A stretch of DNA of 64,000 nt from Neoconidiobolus thromboides FSU 785 (GCA_025603075.1 MU626268.1:144796-208795); one strand, 5' to 3'. Positions 40,755 through 52,958 are shown, numbered from the stretch's first letter. Notes: generated from the letters alone by a model not told the origin. Translations and numbers: made by a program.

Positions 40755-40852
40755 GGGAGTGTCTTTTTTGACTTCATTATTTTTTCCATTTTTTAAGTGC
40801 TATTCAAGTGGAAATTTTGTTAGTAAGATTCTTAAATACAAAAATACATCCC
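40755..40852 (-). mobile_element. MITE copy
   Basis: GGGAGTGTC..aagtgctattcaagtggaaattttgttagtaagattcttaaatacaaaaATACATCCC. Confidence 0.82.
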
Positions 40853-41380
40853 TAAATCATAAATTGAATAGGAAGTAAAACTTAACAGCATCTAGTACAA
40901 CACCAAATAAATGCCTACTTAAAAAAAATACCCCAAACAATTCTTTGGGTTGTATCAACTTAAAATTTTGAATAACGAATCCGTTGTTAAAATTTTAGTA
41001 ATTATTTTTAGTTACTTTGTTCTTATTACATTTATTCTTATTTAATGATTTGGCTATTGACTTTTATTTATTTCTAAATAAAATTTTAAATTTTGACTTA
41101 TTATTAACAGTTTACCCTCATATCTAATTAAATCTAGGATTTTACTTCTCTTTATATTAATAACATTATTTGTAGTCATATCTTCATCTTCAATCAAATG
41201 TACATCTTGTTATTTAATTATACTATTATTTTTAACTAATTCAACACTATTGGTAGCTAAACTCTTATTTTTGTCATTCCTAGCTAATTCGTCATCTTTA
41301 ATTATTTTTTTATTTTAACTAATTTAACGTTATCTGTAGTTGATTTTAGACTTTATAAAATATAAAGCTATTATCTTGTG

Positions 41381-41470
41381 GGGGATGTTTTTTGAAAAAT
41401 TTACTAACAATTTTTCCGCTTAAATAGCACTTAAAAAATGAAAAGAGCGATAAAACCAAAAAAACATCCC
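41381..41470 (+). mobile_element. MITE copy
   Basis: GGGGATGTTTTTTG..tttactaacaatttttccgcttaaatagcactt..ACATCCC. Confidence 0.82.
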
Positions 41471-42296
41471 TTTATTTTTTAATTAATAGCTTATTTTACT
41501 TTTTTTTAGTTGTTTGATATTTTCTTTTTGGCTGTTTACATTTACAGACCATGTTGTTTAAATTGATAAAAAGCGTTGTAACTAAACTTTGTAGCTCACT
41601 AATACTAAATAATGTGTTATTTGAAAAATGATACAGCTTCTTTTTAGTTAGCCAATGAAATGGTATCTTCTTTTATCAACTAAAATAGTCTAAATGCCAA
41701 ATCATTTATTAATGTTCATAAGTTAAATGAAGTTATATTTGCTACTTAATCAATAAGCTAAATTTTCAATTGAATGTTGTATTAAGTCTATATGAATAAT
41801 TGAAGAAAGGTGTAATTTTGTTAGTCATAAATACCAAGCTTACAAGACTTGGGTAGTTTGAATTTTTTAAATATATTAAATATCATTTTTTAATTTAAAT
41901 TATCAAGTATTCTGAGGATATACCTTAATGTGAGGTGACAAATACGACCTATGATGAGAGACCCTTAATTATTCCCATGATTTGATAGATACTTTGTATT
42001 TGTTAGTTATATGAATTGTGAGTATCAACTTGTAATATTACATCCTTAGTTGTACAACTATAACCTGTTTGGGTATTTTAGATTAAAAATAATTTTGTTT
42101 TATAAACAAAAATACTAATAATTTTAATTATGTTACTAATATACATTTTAAATTGTTTTAATAAATTTATATATCAATAGTTAAGCAGTACCCTGTATTT
42201 TAAAAATCAGACTCCTTATATTTATTAAATATAAAATGAGTTGAGCTTAGTATATTCAAATAACTATCAAAGCAGGCGCTTTAGTAACTAAGAGAT

Positions 42297-42405
42297 GGGG
42301 GTGTATTTTTTCGTTTAAAAATTTTACTAACAATCTTTCCACTTTTAGGCGCTATTTGAGTGGAAAGATTGTTAGTAAAATTTTTAAGCAAAAAAGTACA
42401 TCCCC
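42297..42405. mobile_element. Fold-back MITE derivative (left arm duplicated in inverted orientation)
   Basis: Perfect 28-bp inverted repeat taaaaattttactaacaatctttccact / agtggaaagattgttagtaaaattttta around a 15-nt loop, with near-symmetric ends. Confidence 0.85.
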
Positions 42406-42777
42406 ATATTAAAGTCAATAACCCATAAAAGTTAATTTGTATAAATTAACAAAAATCTTTTAAAAAAAAGTTAAATTTATGAATTCTATATCAATTAAAC
42501 AAGAACAATGATAAATTCAGTAACTTGGCTATGACTATATGGTACAGTCACTTAGTTTAAATCGTCTAACCTAAGAGCCTATCTTTAAGTTGAAGGATTA
42601 TATGCCATTAGTTTCTATCGCTTTTAAGATTCAACAATCAGAATAAACGGACATTGATCATAGTTTCAAAGCGTGAAATCTGGTACTTAGTGATTGGAGT
42701 CAAGAACAGCTATTGCTAGGTTGACTACACTATAAGTCGAAAGGTCTTAGTTTATGTGACTAAGATAGACTTGAGTT

Positions 42778-43135
42778 ATGAAGAATAGCATGTAATAGGC
42801 TACGTACTATGTAAGACAAATAGAATAGACAATACTAATGTAAAACCTACGTAAAATATTATTAAGAAAACTTGGTGGCTTTATTAAATGTTCGAGATAT
42901 CAGGGAATAATTCAGTTAAAAAGCCTCGAACTACTATACTCTAAAATCTCTTTTATACTCTGAAAAATATAAATATCAAAATGAGAGGACAACATTCTTT
43001 AGGATGAAGCTAGAAATTCTTATAGCAAATCAAACTAAGAACGTGGGATTGATTTTCTCTAAATTCGAGAACACAACAGCTTAGACGATTATTATGCTAT
43101 AATTAACCATGGGGCTGACAAAGCGATATTTCACA
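42778..43135 (-). repeat. LTR-like dispersed repeat, copy 1 (left boundary uncertain)
   Basis: The reverse complement aligns along its length with 63642-64000 and starts TGTGAAAT. Confidence 0.8.
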
Positions 43136-43139
43136 AAAG

Positions 43140-43324
43140 TGCTACTATAAACTATTATTAAACTAGTGAGGCAGAGGATGAATCCTGCATAATAGTGTTT
43201 AGGATCGATTATTGTTTTTGAACTTTGTCCTTGAGGTTAGAACGATCATATTGACTGCTTTATATACATTCAAGTTACTGCCGAATTGAAAACTTTTGAA
43301 GAGAGTGAAGGAAATTAATAATAT
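43140..43324 (-). pseudogene. 5' remnant of a paralog of the secreted Cys-rich gene at 38881-39468
   Basis: ttgaggttagaacgatca and taggatcg..attgtttttgaac are shared with 39330-39380. ATG changed to ATA, truncated at the LTR-like repeat. Upstream flank 43330-43510 resembles 39480-39690. Confidence 0.8.
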
Positions 43325-44487
43325 GCTAATGTTTAACTTTAATATATAATAAATGTAAGAAAAGGTAACAAAATTTGATTAATAATGTTCATTTAAATAT
43401 CTTTAATTAACCTTTATTTTTTTTAACGACCAAACAAGAATTAATTTAAATTTAATTATTGAATGCTAGGCTTTAAAACCATTATCAATAATCTTCAAAC
43501 TAAATTTAAAACGTATATTGTAATTTAATATTATCTAGCTTTAATTATAAGATATTTAAAAAAAGCTATTATCTATTGAACTACTAAAAACTACTTTTGT
43601 TAGTAATTAACAAATACAAAAAAATATTAGAACTAGGAAGTAGTATATATTTGTTTATCATGATTAAAGCATAATTGATATTAAAACCTTTACGAACTTT
43701 TCTAATATTCACTTTTAAATGAGTCATAAATAAATAATGAAAGAATAGTACGGATATACTTACTCTGATTAATACTAATGATTGATACAACTATCTAAAA
43801 TTTAAGTTTTTCCTGTTTACGAAAAAAATAATCTAAAAGCTCCTTAAAGTGTTATATAGAATCAAGTATAAATTGTTTTATAAATTCTATTTTGGACTAT
43901 GTTTTAGTTACAAACATTTTAAAATCAAATGAGAAAGAAAGAAAGTCAAATTTACATGATTTCTGCAATTGAATTTATCTCTTGTTCAAAATGATGCTAC
44001 ACTTTCTCTCAACTTGATTAGTTATATATGGTATGAAATCCAAGTCTCCTTTTTATTGGATATAATCCAGTTTTTAGACTATAAATTTTATAGCATAAGA
44101 GTAAAAAGTATTTAAACTAACTTTGCTTCAAAGAATTTGCTTCATCGATCTTTTAGCAAGGATTCGAGAACAAAAATTAAGTTTGTGAAAATTATTAAGC
44201 TTTACTTTTTTTAGATTAAATTTGTATGCTTGGTTTAAATTATCGAGTATCCTGACGCCTTAACATACCCTTAAGCAGTCCAAAGGAGCACTATGTTTCT
44301 ATTTAAAAGTATATAGATATTTACATAACTTTAGTAGATATATTGTATTGTAAAAGCAGTGTAAATTGTGGATATTAATTTCAAAGTCCTCCATCGCATA
44401 GGTGGCGGTATATTTCATTTAGAAAAGTATTTGCAGTTTAATTTGAGCAATCCTGTTTTATAAATAAAAAATTGCTATTGACTATAT

Positions 44488-44515
44488 GGAGATATTTTTT
44501 GGCTTCATCGCTTTT
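44488..44515 (-). mobile_element. MITE terminal fragment
   Basis: atat-GGAGATATTTTTTGGCTTCATCGCTTTT matches one end of the consensus. Confidence 0.5.
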
Positions 44516-44931
44516 ATGATAATAAATTAATTAATATTATATTTTGTCTTTTTGATAGATTTTGATTATAAGACTCAAATAATATCTTATTACTCAACAC
44601 AAAAGAATCCAAATTTTAACACTTATTATAAAAATATAGTGAGTCAGCCTTACTATGCTTTAGCCTAAATCCCAAAAGCAATCCTTTGATTAACAAAGGG
44701 ATGCTAATTTAATTTGCTAAAATTAAGAATAACTCATAAACAAGAGGTGAATCAAGAATAACTCATAAAAGTCAACTTCACAAAATTTAGTAAAAAAACT
44801 TTCTAATAAAGATAGTTTAACTTAAAAAAGTCCTAAGGGTAACTAATACATAATTTTATTATCATCAACTTACACTAGTTATTTAGCTTTTTAACCTTGA
44901 TATTAAATTTGAATTAAGCAATTACAAAATC

Positions 44932-47900
44932 ATGTTAGTACTTCCAGGGAACAGTTCACTTGCCGGTTTCCAAATTCAAAAGCTAGTAAATTCTGCACAA
45001 AAATGTGACCCAAGCATTGTGAACTTAGCTTCTTACTATGTCCATTTTTTAGATTTACATGAAAACTCAAGTAGTCAAATTACCGATGAAACTCACTCCA
45101 TTTTAGCAAACTTATTTAATTATGGCAACGGTTTGGAAGACAATTTTTATAAAAATTTACTAAATGAAATTATAACCAAGCAGGTAGAAGGTACTCAAGC
45201 AATTGATCAAGCTGGTCATAAAGTAGACTATTTTTGGGTACTTCCTAGACCAGGTTCCATCTCACCATGGTCCTCAAAAGCAACTAACATTTCTCAAGTA
45301 TGTGGCTTATCTGATAAAGTAAAACGTATCGAAAGAGGACAGCTCTTCTTTATTGTTCGTAAAGAAAGCGCTCAACCATATCAATTAAATGAAATCATCG
45401 AAAAATTTGGAGATCTGGTCTATGATCGTATGACACAATCACTTAGTTTAAGCCATCCAACCCAAGAGTCGATCTTTAAATCAGGAGATCATAAGCCTTT
45501 GATTCATATTTCTCTTCAAGATTCAACTATGGAGCCAAAAGAAGCATTATCAAAAGCTAACAGAGAGCTTGGTTTGGCATTAGCAGAAGATGAGATTGAT
45601 TATTTAATACAATCCTATTGTGGAGATGGTGTTTCAGGTACTGAAAGATTAAATAGAGACCCAACCGACGTTGAATTGATGATGTTCGCTCAAGTGAATT
45701 CCGAACATTGTAGGCATAAAATTTTCGGTGCTGATTGGACTATTGATGGTGTAAAAAAGCCAAACTCTTTATTTTCAATGATCAAAAATACCTATAAAAA
45801 AAACCCAGCTCATATTTTATCAGCATATTCCGATAATGCAGCTGTTTTAGAAGGTACAAAAGCAAATTATTTTGCTCCTGATGCTACTGCTACTACTCCT
45901 TATTCCTTCGTTGAATCCAAAAATGAAGATATTCACTTTTTAACCAAAGTTGAGACCCATAACCATCCAACCGCTGTTTCCCCATTTCCTGGAGCTGCCA
46001 CTGGTTCTGGAGGTGAAATTCGTGATGAGGGTGCCGTTGGTGTAGGCTCTAAACCCAAAACTGGACTTACTGGATTCACAGTTTCTAACCTAAATATACC
46101 AGGTCATGAACAACCATGGGAAATCAATGTAGGTAAGCCAAAGCAAATAGCCTCTAGTTTAGACATTATGCTTGAAGCCCCACTTGGTGGTGCTGCTTTT
46201 AACAATGAATTCGGTCGACCAAACACCGCCGGGTATTTTCGTACCTATTTACAACGCATCGGAGATACTGATGAGATCCGTGGGTATCATAAACCTATTA
46301 TGCTTGCTGGTGGTCTTGGTTCTGTTTTAGCTAGAAATGTTTTGAAGAGAAGAATAGCACCCGGAGCTAAGCTCATTGTACTTGGTGGTCCATGTATGTT
46401 GATTGGTTTAGGTGGAGGTGCTGCTTCTTCTATGGCTTCAGGTTCCTCAAGTGCTGATTTAGATTTTGCTTCAGTACAAAGGGATAACGCTGAAATTCAA
46501 AGACGCTGTCAAGAAGTTATCAATGCCTGCGTTTCATTAGGAGAAAATAATCCTATTCAATCTATCCATGACGTTGGTGCAGGTGGTTTATCAAATGCTC
46601 TTCCAGAAATTGTACATGATAGTGAATTGGGTGCTAAAATTCAAATAAGAGATGTTTTATGTGATGATCCAACCCTTTCTCCAATGGAAATTTGGTGTAA
46701 TGAATCTCAAGAACGCTATGTGTTAGCTTTAGACGAGTCTCGTATTGAAGAATTTAAAGCAATGTGCGTACGTGAACGTTGTCCATTTGCTGTTGTTGGT
46801 GAAGCCACCAAAGAATTGGTTTTAAGAGTTGAGGATTCATTACTTGGATCTGTATGTATAGACCTCCCAATGGATATGCTCTTTGGTAAGCCACCTAAAA
46901 TGAGTAGAGTTGATGACCAACGTCCACTTCCATTAACTCCATTTGATTCAACTCTTGCTAAATATTACTCTGAAACACCAAGTAATATGTTTGAAGATGC
47001 CTGTAAGCGTGTATTAAAGCTCCCTACCGTTGCTTCAAAGTCATTCCTTATTACGATTGGTGATCGTACTGTCACTGGTTTAATCACACGTGATCAAATG
47101 GTCGGACCTTGGCAAGTACCAATTTCGGATGTTTCTGTGACTTCTACCTCCTATTTCACTAAGACTGGTGAGGCCATGGCTATGGGCGAAAGAACCCCGA
47201 TTGCTCTTATTAACCCTGCTGCCTCTGCTCGTATGGCTGTAGCAGAATCAGTAACTAATATTGCTGCTGCTTCTATTGATGATATTTCAAAGATCCGTCT
47301 TTCAGCTAATTGGATGAGTTCAGCTAGCACTCCCGGAGAAGGTTATGCCCTTTATGAAGCTGTACAAGCCATTGGTATGGAGCTTTGTCCGGCTCTTGGA
47401 ATCACAATTCCAGTTGGTAAAGATTCCATGTCTATGAAAACTACTTGGTCAGATGAAGATGGAAAAACTAAATCTGTGATTTCCCCATTATCACTTATTA
47501 TTACCGCTTTTGCTTTTGTAAATGATGTTAAGAAGACGCTTACCCCTGATCTTAAAACATATCATCATAAGTCAGGCTCTGGGTCTACTCTTTTATTGTT
47601 AGATATTGCTAAAGGAAATAAGAGATTAGGTGGATCAGCATTAGCACAAGTTTATAATGAGGTTGGTACTGGATGTCCTGATTTAGAAGACCATAATATA
47701 TTAGCTTCTTTCTTTAAAGCTATCCAACAAGCCCGTAAGGAACCCTCCTCCTCCAACACTTATGACAGCTTAGTATTAGCTTATCATGATCGTTCAGATG
47801 GTGGTTTATTTGCTACTTTGGTAGAAATGGGTATTGGTGGTAGAGTAGGTTTCAACGTACAACTAAATACTTATTCTGAATCTTCAGAAACTAAAGATTT

Positions 47901-49077
47901 AGTTAAAGCTTTATTTAATGAAGAATTAGGTGTTGTAGTACAGGTTGAAAACGAAGATGTTAATAAGGTCATTAATATTTTCACACAAAATGGGTTTCCA
48001 GCTAACAATATCCATAATATTGGTCAAATTCATTCTACTGAAGATGAAACTATGAACTTTTCATTTAATGAAACTGTTTTCTACTCATCTAAAAGAGAAA
48101 CTTTACATTCTTGGTGGGCAGAAACCTCTTATTTACTTCAATCTTTACGCGATAATCCAGAATGCGCTAAAGAAGAATATGATTCCATTTTTGATACTAG
48201 TAACAAAGGTTTATCTTACAATGTCACTTTTGATCCCAGAGCTAATATTGATTTACCAACTCATCGCCCCAAAGTGGCTATCCTTAGAGAACAGGGTGTT
48301 AATGGACATGTTGAAATGGCTTATTCTTTCTATCGCGCAGGTTTCTTACCAATTGACGTACACATGAGTGATCTTGCTAGTGGCAAAGTATCACTTGGTG
48401 ATTACCATGGGTTAGCAGCCTGTGGTGGTTTCTCCTATGGCGATGTACTTGGAGCAGGTCGCGGTTGGGCTCAATCTTCAGTTCTCAATCCAACTATCCG
48501 TAAGGAATTTTATGACTTCTTTAACAACCGTAGCGACACTTTTGCTTTAGGTGTATGTAATGGTTGTCAGTTTTTATCAAATCTTAAAGAATTGATACCT
48601 GGTGCTGAGAACTGGCCCAATTTTGTGACCAATAAATCCGCAAGATATGAAGCTAGAGTATGTATGGTAGAAATCCCAGAAGTTGGTGCAAGTAATGTGT
48701 TTTTTAGTGATATGAAAGGCACCAAAATACCTATCCCTGTAGCCCATGGTGAAGGTTTTGCCAAATTTAAAGACGAAAATGTAGCTAAAGATTTCTTTGA
48801 TTCTGGATTATGTGCGTTGAGATACGTTGATTCCACTGGTGCTCCAACTGAATCTTATCCAGCAAACCCTAATGGTTCACCAAGAGGTTTGGCTGGTTGT
48901 ACTAGTTTAAATGGTCGTGTTTTGATTTCTATGCCTCACCCAGAGCGTGCTATTCGTTTACATGGTAATTCCTATTATCCTGATAATAAGGATCATCCTT
49001 TGTATGGTATTGAAGAAGGCCCATGGCTTCATATGTTTATCAATGCTAGGAAATGGTTGGCCCAAATAGGCATATAA
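44932..49077 (+). CDS. ADE6: Phosphoribosylformylglycinamidine synthase (FGAM synthase), intronless
   Basis: 1381 aa; QVNSEHCRHKIF, KVETHNHPT, GGEIRDEG, HDVGAGGLSNA, GGFSYGD, glutaminase GVCNGCQ, MPHPER. Confidence 0.98.
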   Translation: MLVLPGNSSLAGFQIQKLVNSAQKCDPSIVNLASYYVHFLDLHENSSSQITDETHSILANLFNYGNGLEDNFYKNLLNEIITKQVEGTQAIDQAGHKVDYFWVLPRPGSISPWSSKATNISQVCGLSDKVKRIERGQLFFIVRKESAQPYQLNEIIEKFGDLVYDRMTQSLSLSHPTQESIFKSGDHKPLIHISLQDSTMEPKEALSKANRELGLALAEDEIDYLIQSYCGDGVSGTERLNRDPTDVELMMFAQVNSEHCRHKIFGADWTIDGVKKPNSLFSMIKNTYKKNPAHILSAYSDNAAVLEGTKANYFAPDATATTPYSFVESKNEDIHFLTKVETHNHPTAVSPFPGAATGSGGEIRDEGAVGVGSKPKTGLTGFTVSNLNIPGHEQPWEINVGKPKQIASSLDIMLEAPLGGAAFNNEFGRPNTAGYFRTYLQRIGDTDEIRGYHKPIMLAGGLGSVLARNVLKRRIAPGAKLIVLGGPCMLIGLGGGAASSMASGSSSADLDFASVQRDNAEIQRRCQEVINACVSLGENNPIQSIHDVGAGGLSNALPEIVHDSELGAKIQIRDVLCDDPTLSPMEIWCNESQERYVLALDESRIEEFKAMCVRERCPFAVVGEATKELVLRVEDSLLGSVCIDLPMDMLFGKPPKMSRVDDQRPLPLTPFDSTLAKYYSETPSNMFEDACKRVLKLPTVASKSFLITIGDRTVTGLITRDQMVGPWQVPISDVSVTSTSYFTKTGEAMAMGERTPIALINPAASARMAVAESVTNIAAASIDDISKIRLSANWMSSASTPGEGYALYEAVQAIGMELCPALGITIPVGKDSMSMKTTWSDEDGKTKSVISPLSLIITAFAFVNDVKKTLTPDLKTYHHKSGSGSTLLLLDIAKGNKRLGGSALAQVYNEVGTGCPDLEDHNILASFFKAIQQARKEPSSSNTYDSLVLAYHDRSDGGLFATLVEMGIGGRVGFNVQLNTYSESSETKDLVKALFNEELGVVVQVENEDVNKVINIFTQNGFPANNIHNIGQIHSTEDETMNFSFNETVFYSSKRETLHSWWAETSYLLQSLRDNPECAKEEYDSIFDTSNKGLSYNVTFDPRANIDLPTHRPKVAILREQGVNGHVEMAYSFYRAGFLPIDVHMSDLASGKVSLGDYHGLAACGGFSYGDVLGAGRGWAQSSVLNPTIRKEFYDFFNNRSDTFALGVCNGCQFLSNLKELIPGAENWPNFVTNKSARYEARVCMVEIPEVGASNVFFSDMKGTKIPIPVAHGEGFAKFKDENVAKDFFDSGLCALRYVDSTGAPTESYPANPNGSPRGLAGCTSLNGRVLISMPHPERAIRLHGNSYYPDNKDHPLYGIEEGPWLHMFINARKWLAQIGI

Positions 49078-49580
49078 ATAGAAGTTTGTAAGGATTTGTG
49101 GTATGTAGAATTAATAAATAGAAGTTTACTTAAACTTGTTTTTAAGGATTTGAATTTTCCAATCATTTGATTTTGACATTTGACATTTTTAGTAAATTTT
49201 TACAATGAATTTAAAATCCAATTCAAAATTGTAATTGCTAACATTTTAATAAGACCTATGATTTAATATATAATAAAATGTTAAATTTATATAGATAAAA
49301 CATTGTAGACAGGTCATTATTTTCATTCATGATAATGGAGTCACCAATTCTAGTATGAGAATTACTACAATTACTATTCATTTTGCTATCAAAATTTTGA
49401 TTTAATCAGCTGTGACTATCGGTTTTTCTTGGCTTTTGATTTGTCCAATTTGATTTTAGCCAATTTAATTCTTAATAATCAATTACATTGCTCTACTGTT
49501 TGATAAACAAGATATACTTATGAAATATAAAATAATATATATAATAAACAAAAGCTAGATATCTGCTACTTAAATCAAAA

Positions 49581-50957
49581 ATGAAATTAGTTTTTACATT
49601 ATTTTATTTAGGCGTCGTCCTAAGTATAATACAAGAAACGTTTTTATCAAAAGCGCTTGGTCAAACATTCACCAAATTAGAACCTATTCGAGCTGTTTAT
49701 AAAAGCTTGATTTTAGGTATACTTACAAAGAGAAAGGAGGAATCCAATACCCCATTAGGATATGATAATCCAAGCTCAAAAAGAGTCAACACTCAGCAGG
49801 AAAAAATCCTTCGTGACCAAATATCCCCACCAGCAAGTTTAGAGGAACTTCAAGGTTATGGATTGATATTGGCATCTAACACATGCTCTGATAAAAAGGA
49901 ACTTGAAACTTGGAGTTGCCCTGTACATTGTGAAGGGTTGACCAAAGGGGCGAAGGCTCATCACATTCATTTTGGTGAAGGCGATGACTTCCGGTTTAAT
50001 ATAGTATCACTCAGCGATAGAAAGATAATTGCTTTAGGAATTAGAGGATCTGGAAAGCCCAAAAAAATAGCAGAAACTTTTGCTGGAATGCATCCACACA
50101 ATATCAAAAATGCAACTCTTCCCTGGCACACGCTAAGAAGTGATATTCGAGTTCATCTTCCATTATATGAAAGCTCAAAAAAGATTACGAAAGAAGCAGA
50201 GCCGATCTTAACAGGATTACTAAAACAAGAGAAGTACAAAGGTTATAGATTAGTAGTACTTGGTCATAGTTTGGGTGGTGCATTAGCACCACTAGCAGCT
50301 ATGGACTTGAAAGATATTCTAAAATTAAAAAAATCGGAGATAGAGTTACACGTATTTGACACACCAAGGGTAGGAAATATAGTGTTTGCAAATATAGTAA
50401 ATTATCATTTTAATAAATTGACAAGAGTCACTCATGGTTATGATCCTATACCACGTAGCTTGTTAAAAATGGCTCACTATTCTCACTTTGCTAATGAACT
50501 TTACTATCCCCCAATCGACTATTTTGATCCAGATTCAAAAAATCCAAACTTACCTGAAGACAGACATGATTTTATCCAAAGCAAAGTCAGCAGGGTTTTC
50601 CTTGACTCTATTAGTTACTCCAAAGATAATACATTACCCTTAACTAAGCCTAGAAGAGGTAGAGAAAATCAAGATTTCACCTCAACACCTGTTTATTGCC
50701 AATCAAATCCACCATATGATCTAGAAGATTTAAGATGCCTTTCTGGAGTTAGAGGTAATTTTAACTTTACTTCCCATACTTTTGCTCCCACGGTTACTTA
50801 TGAAGATACCTGCGGTGGACCATTATCTGATATTTCTGCTACATTTAATCAGCTGATTAGTGAGATTGTAAAATTCGATATTCCTTTCTTGTTCCATGAT
50901 GAGATAAAAGAAGAACTTTTAACTCCTTTAAATCCTAATGCTTATAAGCAATCTTAG
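49581..50957 (+). CDS. Secreted class 3 lipase (alpha/beta hydrolase)
   Basis: Signal peptide, nucleophile motif GHSLGG, TPRVGN, THGYDPIP (Asp), C-terminal His in TSHTF. Confidence 0.88.
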   Translation: MKLVFTLFYLGVVLSIIQETFLSKALGQTFTKLEPIRAVYKSLILGILTKRKEESNTPLGYDNPSSKRVNTQQEKILRDQISPPASLEELQGYGLILASNTCSDKKELETWSCPVHCEGLTKGAKAHHIHFGEGDDFRFNIVSLSDRKIIALGIRGSGKPKKIAETFAGMHPHNIKNATLPWHTLRSDIRVHLPLYESSKKITKEAEPILTGLLKQEKYKGYRLVVLGHSLGGALAPLAAMDLKDILKLKKSEIELHVFDTPRVGNIVFANIVNYHFNKLTRVTHGYDPIPRSLLKMAHYSHFANELYYPPIDYFDPDSKNPNLPEDRHDFIQSKVSRVFLDSISYSKDNTLPLTKPRRGRENQDFTSTPVYCQSNPPYDLEDLRCLSGVRGNFNFTSHTFAPTVTYEDTCGGPLSDISATFNQLISEIVKFDIPFLFHDEIKEELLTPLNPNAYKQS

Positions 50958-51250
50958 ATAATTATCTAATAAATGTTAAATAAAAGTTAAAATTTATTAA
51001 ATGTAGTTACCTGTTGAATTCCCTTGTTAATCGATATTAATTAAATGCTACCTAGGGTTTAATCATTGAGTAATTCATTATCTAGTTTTGTATTAAAGCC
51101 TAAAGTATTGAAATTTGAAAATATTTTAAAGAGTAATTATTAATTTTATACAATTTATTCATAACTATACAAATTGTCGATTATTAAGCTAATTTGATAC
51201 TTAAATATTAGGAATGTAAGGTTTATATTCTTGTGGGCTCCTCCCACTCA

Positions 51251-51473
51251 TCAATACTTGAGTATAATGTAACAGGCGTGGATGATACCTAATAATATTA
51301 GAAATATGACACTATTAATAAATAACTATAAATATACCTGGAATATAACCTAATAATGTTAAACCAATGTTAATAAGTAAGTCAACACCACAACCACGTT
51401 CAAAGAGTACACCTAATGGTGGAAGGATGATAGCGAAGATAAATTTAAAGATATCAGTACAAGTAAGAGCCAT
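51251..51473 (-). CDS. PMP3: Plasma membrane proteolipid Pmp3/UPF0057, 57 aa, 2 exons
   Basis: MALTCTDIFKFIFAIILPPLGVLFERGCGVDLLINIGLTLLGYIPG|IIHACYIILKY; intron 51289-51337. Confidence 0.95.
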
Positions 51474-51559
51474 TTTTTTATAATAAATCAACAAGAGAAT
51501 TTCAACTATTTATACTTTTTTTCCAATTTTATGACCTAAGGATGATCCTCCAATTGATA

Positions 51560-52440
51560 TTATTTTATGCTAACTTAAAATTTTCGCTTGCCATTTTTCA
51601 TCCCTAAATAGTAAATACTGCACTAAATGATTTAAAGGTGACCAAATCGTTCCTTAATTGAAATTCTTCTAAATCTTAAAAGTAACGCCCAGTTAATTTA
51701 GCCAAACTTTTTATTCGCTAATCATGACATCAATAAATCTAAACAGAACTCAAAGGAATTAGTTTTAAATTTTTAAATTTAGTTAATAAAACATTAAAAA
51801 TTAATGATACTGTGTACTGATTAAATATTAAGTAGATTTTTAATTAAACTACTTGAGTTATATCTAAAATCCCAAACGGATGATATTAATGGCATTGGAA
51901 TTTCATAAGAATCAAGATTATAAATATCAGATTGAGTAAGTTTTAATTTCGAATTATAATTCAAATGTCATTATTATCCTTAAGGGCGGAGTATTTTTTT
52001 AATTTAGAATTTATACTTCATTAGGTAATTGGCTGGATAATTTCTATTTTTAAATACAGCTTCAACTTTGTTTCAAATTTTATTTGCTTAAATAGAAACC
52101 CTGTATTAAATAACTTAGTTAATTTTAAATAAAGAAATCAAAATGTAATCAAAGGTAATGATTCCTCTATAACAAACCACTTAATAATGTTATAACTCCC
52201 GTTTTTATAATCAAAGTAAAAGCGTCCATGTTTCTATTTAAAACCTTATTCAACATTTTTGAAATTCAGAGCTCAAAACAACCAATATGTTTAAGAAAAA
52301 GGGCCGAGGTACACAAATGCTCTGAGTAAAAAAGCTGTTAATGATCTTTGATGATAATATTTTTGTAACTATAATAATTAACAGATCATTATTATATTGA
52401 TTTTAATCTGATTTTGATTGTTAGATTATTTTAGAAGCTG
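51560..52440 (-). pseudogene. Possible decayed LRR/RNI-like gene remnant
   Basis: Interrupted fragments such as KLSSQLPNEV* and SKLKLTQSDIYNLDSYEIPMPLISSVWDFRY; no intact ORF. Confidence 0.25.
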
Positions 52441-52544
52441 CCATCATGTAAAAATTATTTACAATTTTGTAAAGCATTTTTCAAGTATACTAAAAAACTA
52501 TTTTAGTTCAAAAAATCAACAAGACATTTTTTTAAATAATATAT

Positions 52545-52640
52545 GGGGATGTATTTTTTGTTTAAGGATTCTCCTAATAAATTTTCCACTCAAATAACGC
52601 TTAAAAAATGGAAAAAGTAATGAAACCAAAAAACATCCTC
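52545..52640 (+). mobile_element. MITE copy (close to consensus)
   Basis: atat-GGGGATGTATTTT..tttccactcaaataacgcttaaaaaatggaaaaagtaatgaaacc..ACATCCTC-atat. Confidence 0.87.
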
Positions 52641-52859
52641 ATATCCTATAATCATACTTTACTCTTGAAATATTTGATGTAAACATTTCTAAAATTTTAA
52701 CTAAAGAAGCTTGTAAAAAGTTTATAGAATAGTAATAAATTTTAGAAAAATAAAAAAATCACATAATACTTGATGGTGTTATTTACTAGGCAAAAAAGAT
52801 CAGACCTTATTTTGAGTGATTTATTATTAAACAAAATCAATTTGTTGATTTTAACATTT

Positions 52860-52958
52860 GGGGGTGTTTTTTTTGATTTCATCGCTTTTTCTATCTTTTA
52901 AGCGCTATTTAAGCAGAAAATTTGTTAGTAAAATTCTTAAACACAAAAATACATCCCC
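52860..52958 (-). mobile_element. MITE copy
   Basis: GGGGGTGTTTT..aagcgctatttaagcagaaaatttgttagtaaaattcttaaacacaaaaATACATCCCC. Confidence 0.85.

Noticed and set aside
44639-44646. TGAGTCA Gcn4/CpcA-like sites near ADE6 (44640), AAT (about 21779), 26382 and about 43720
   Set aside because: A handful of such 7-mers is expected by chance in 64 kb of this composition, so there is no evidence of enrichment.
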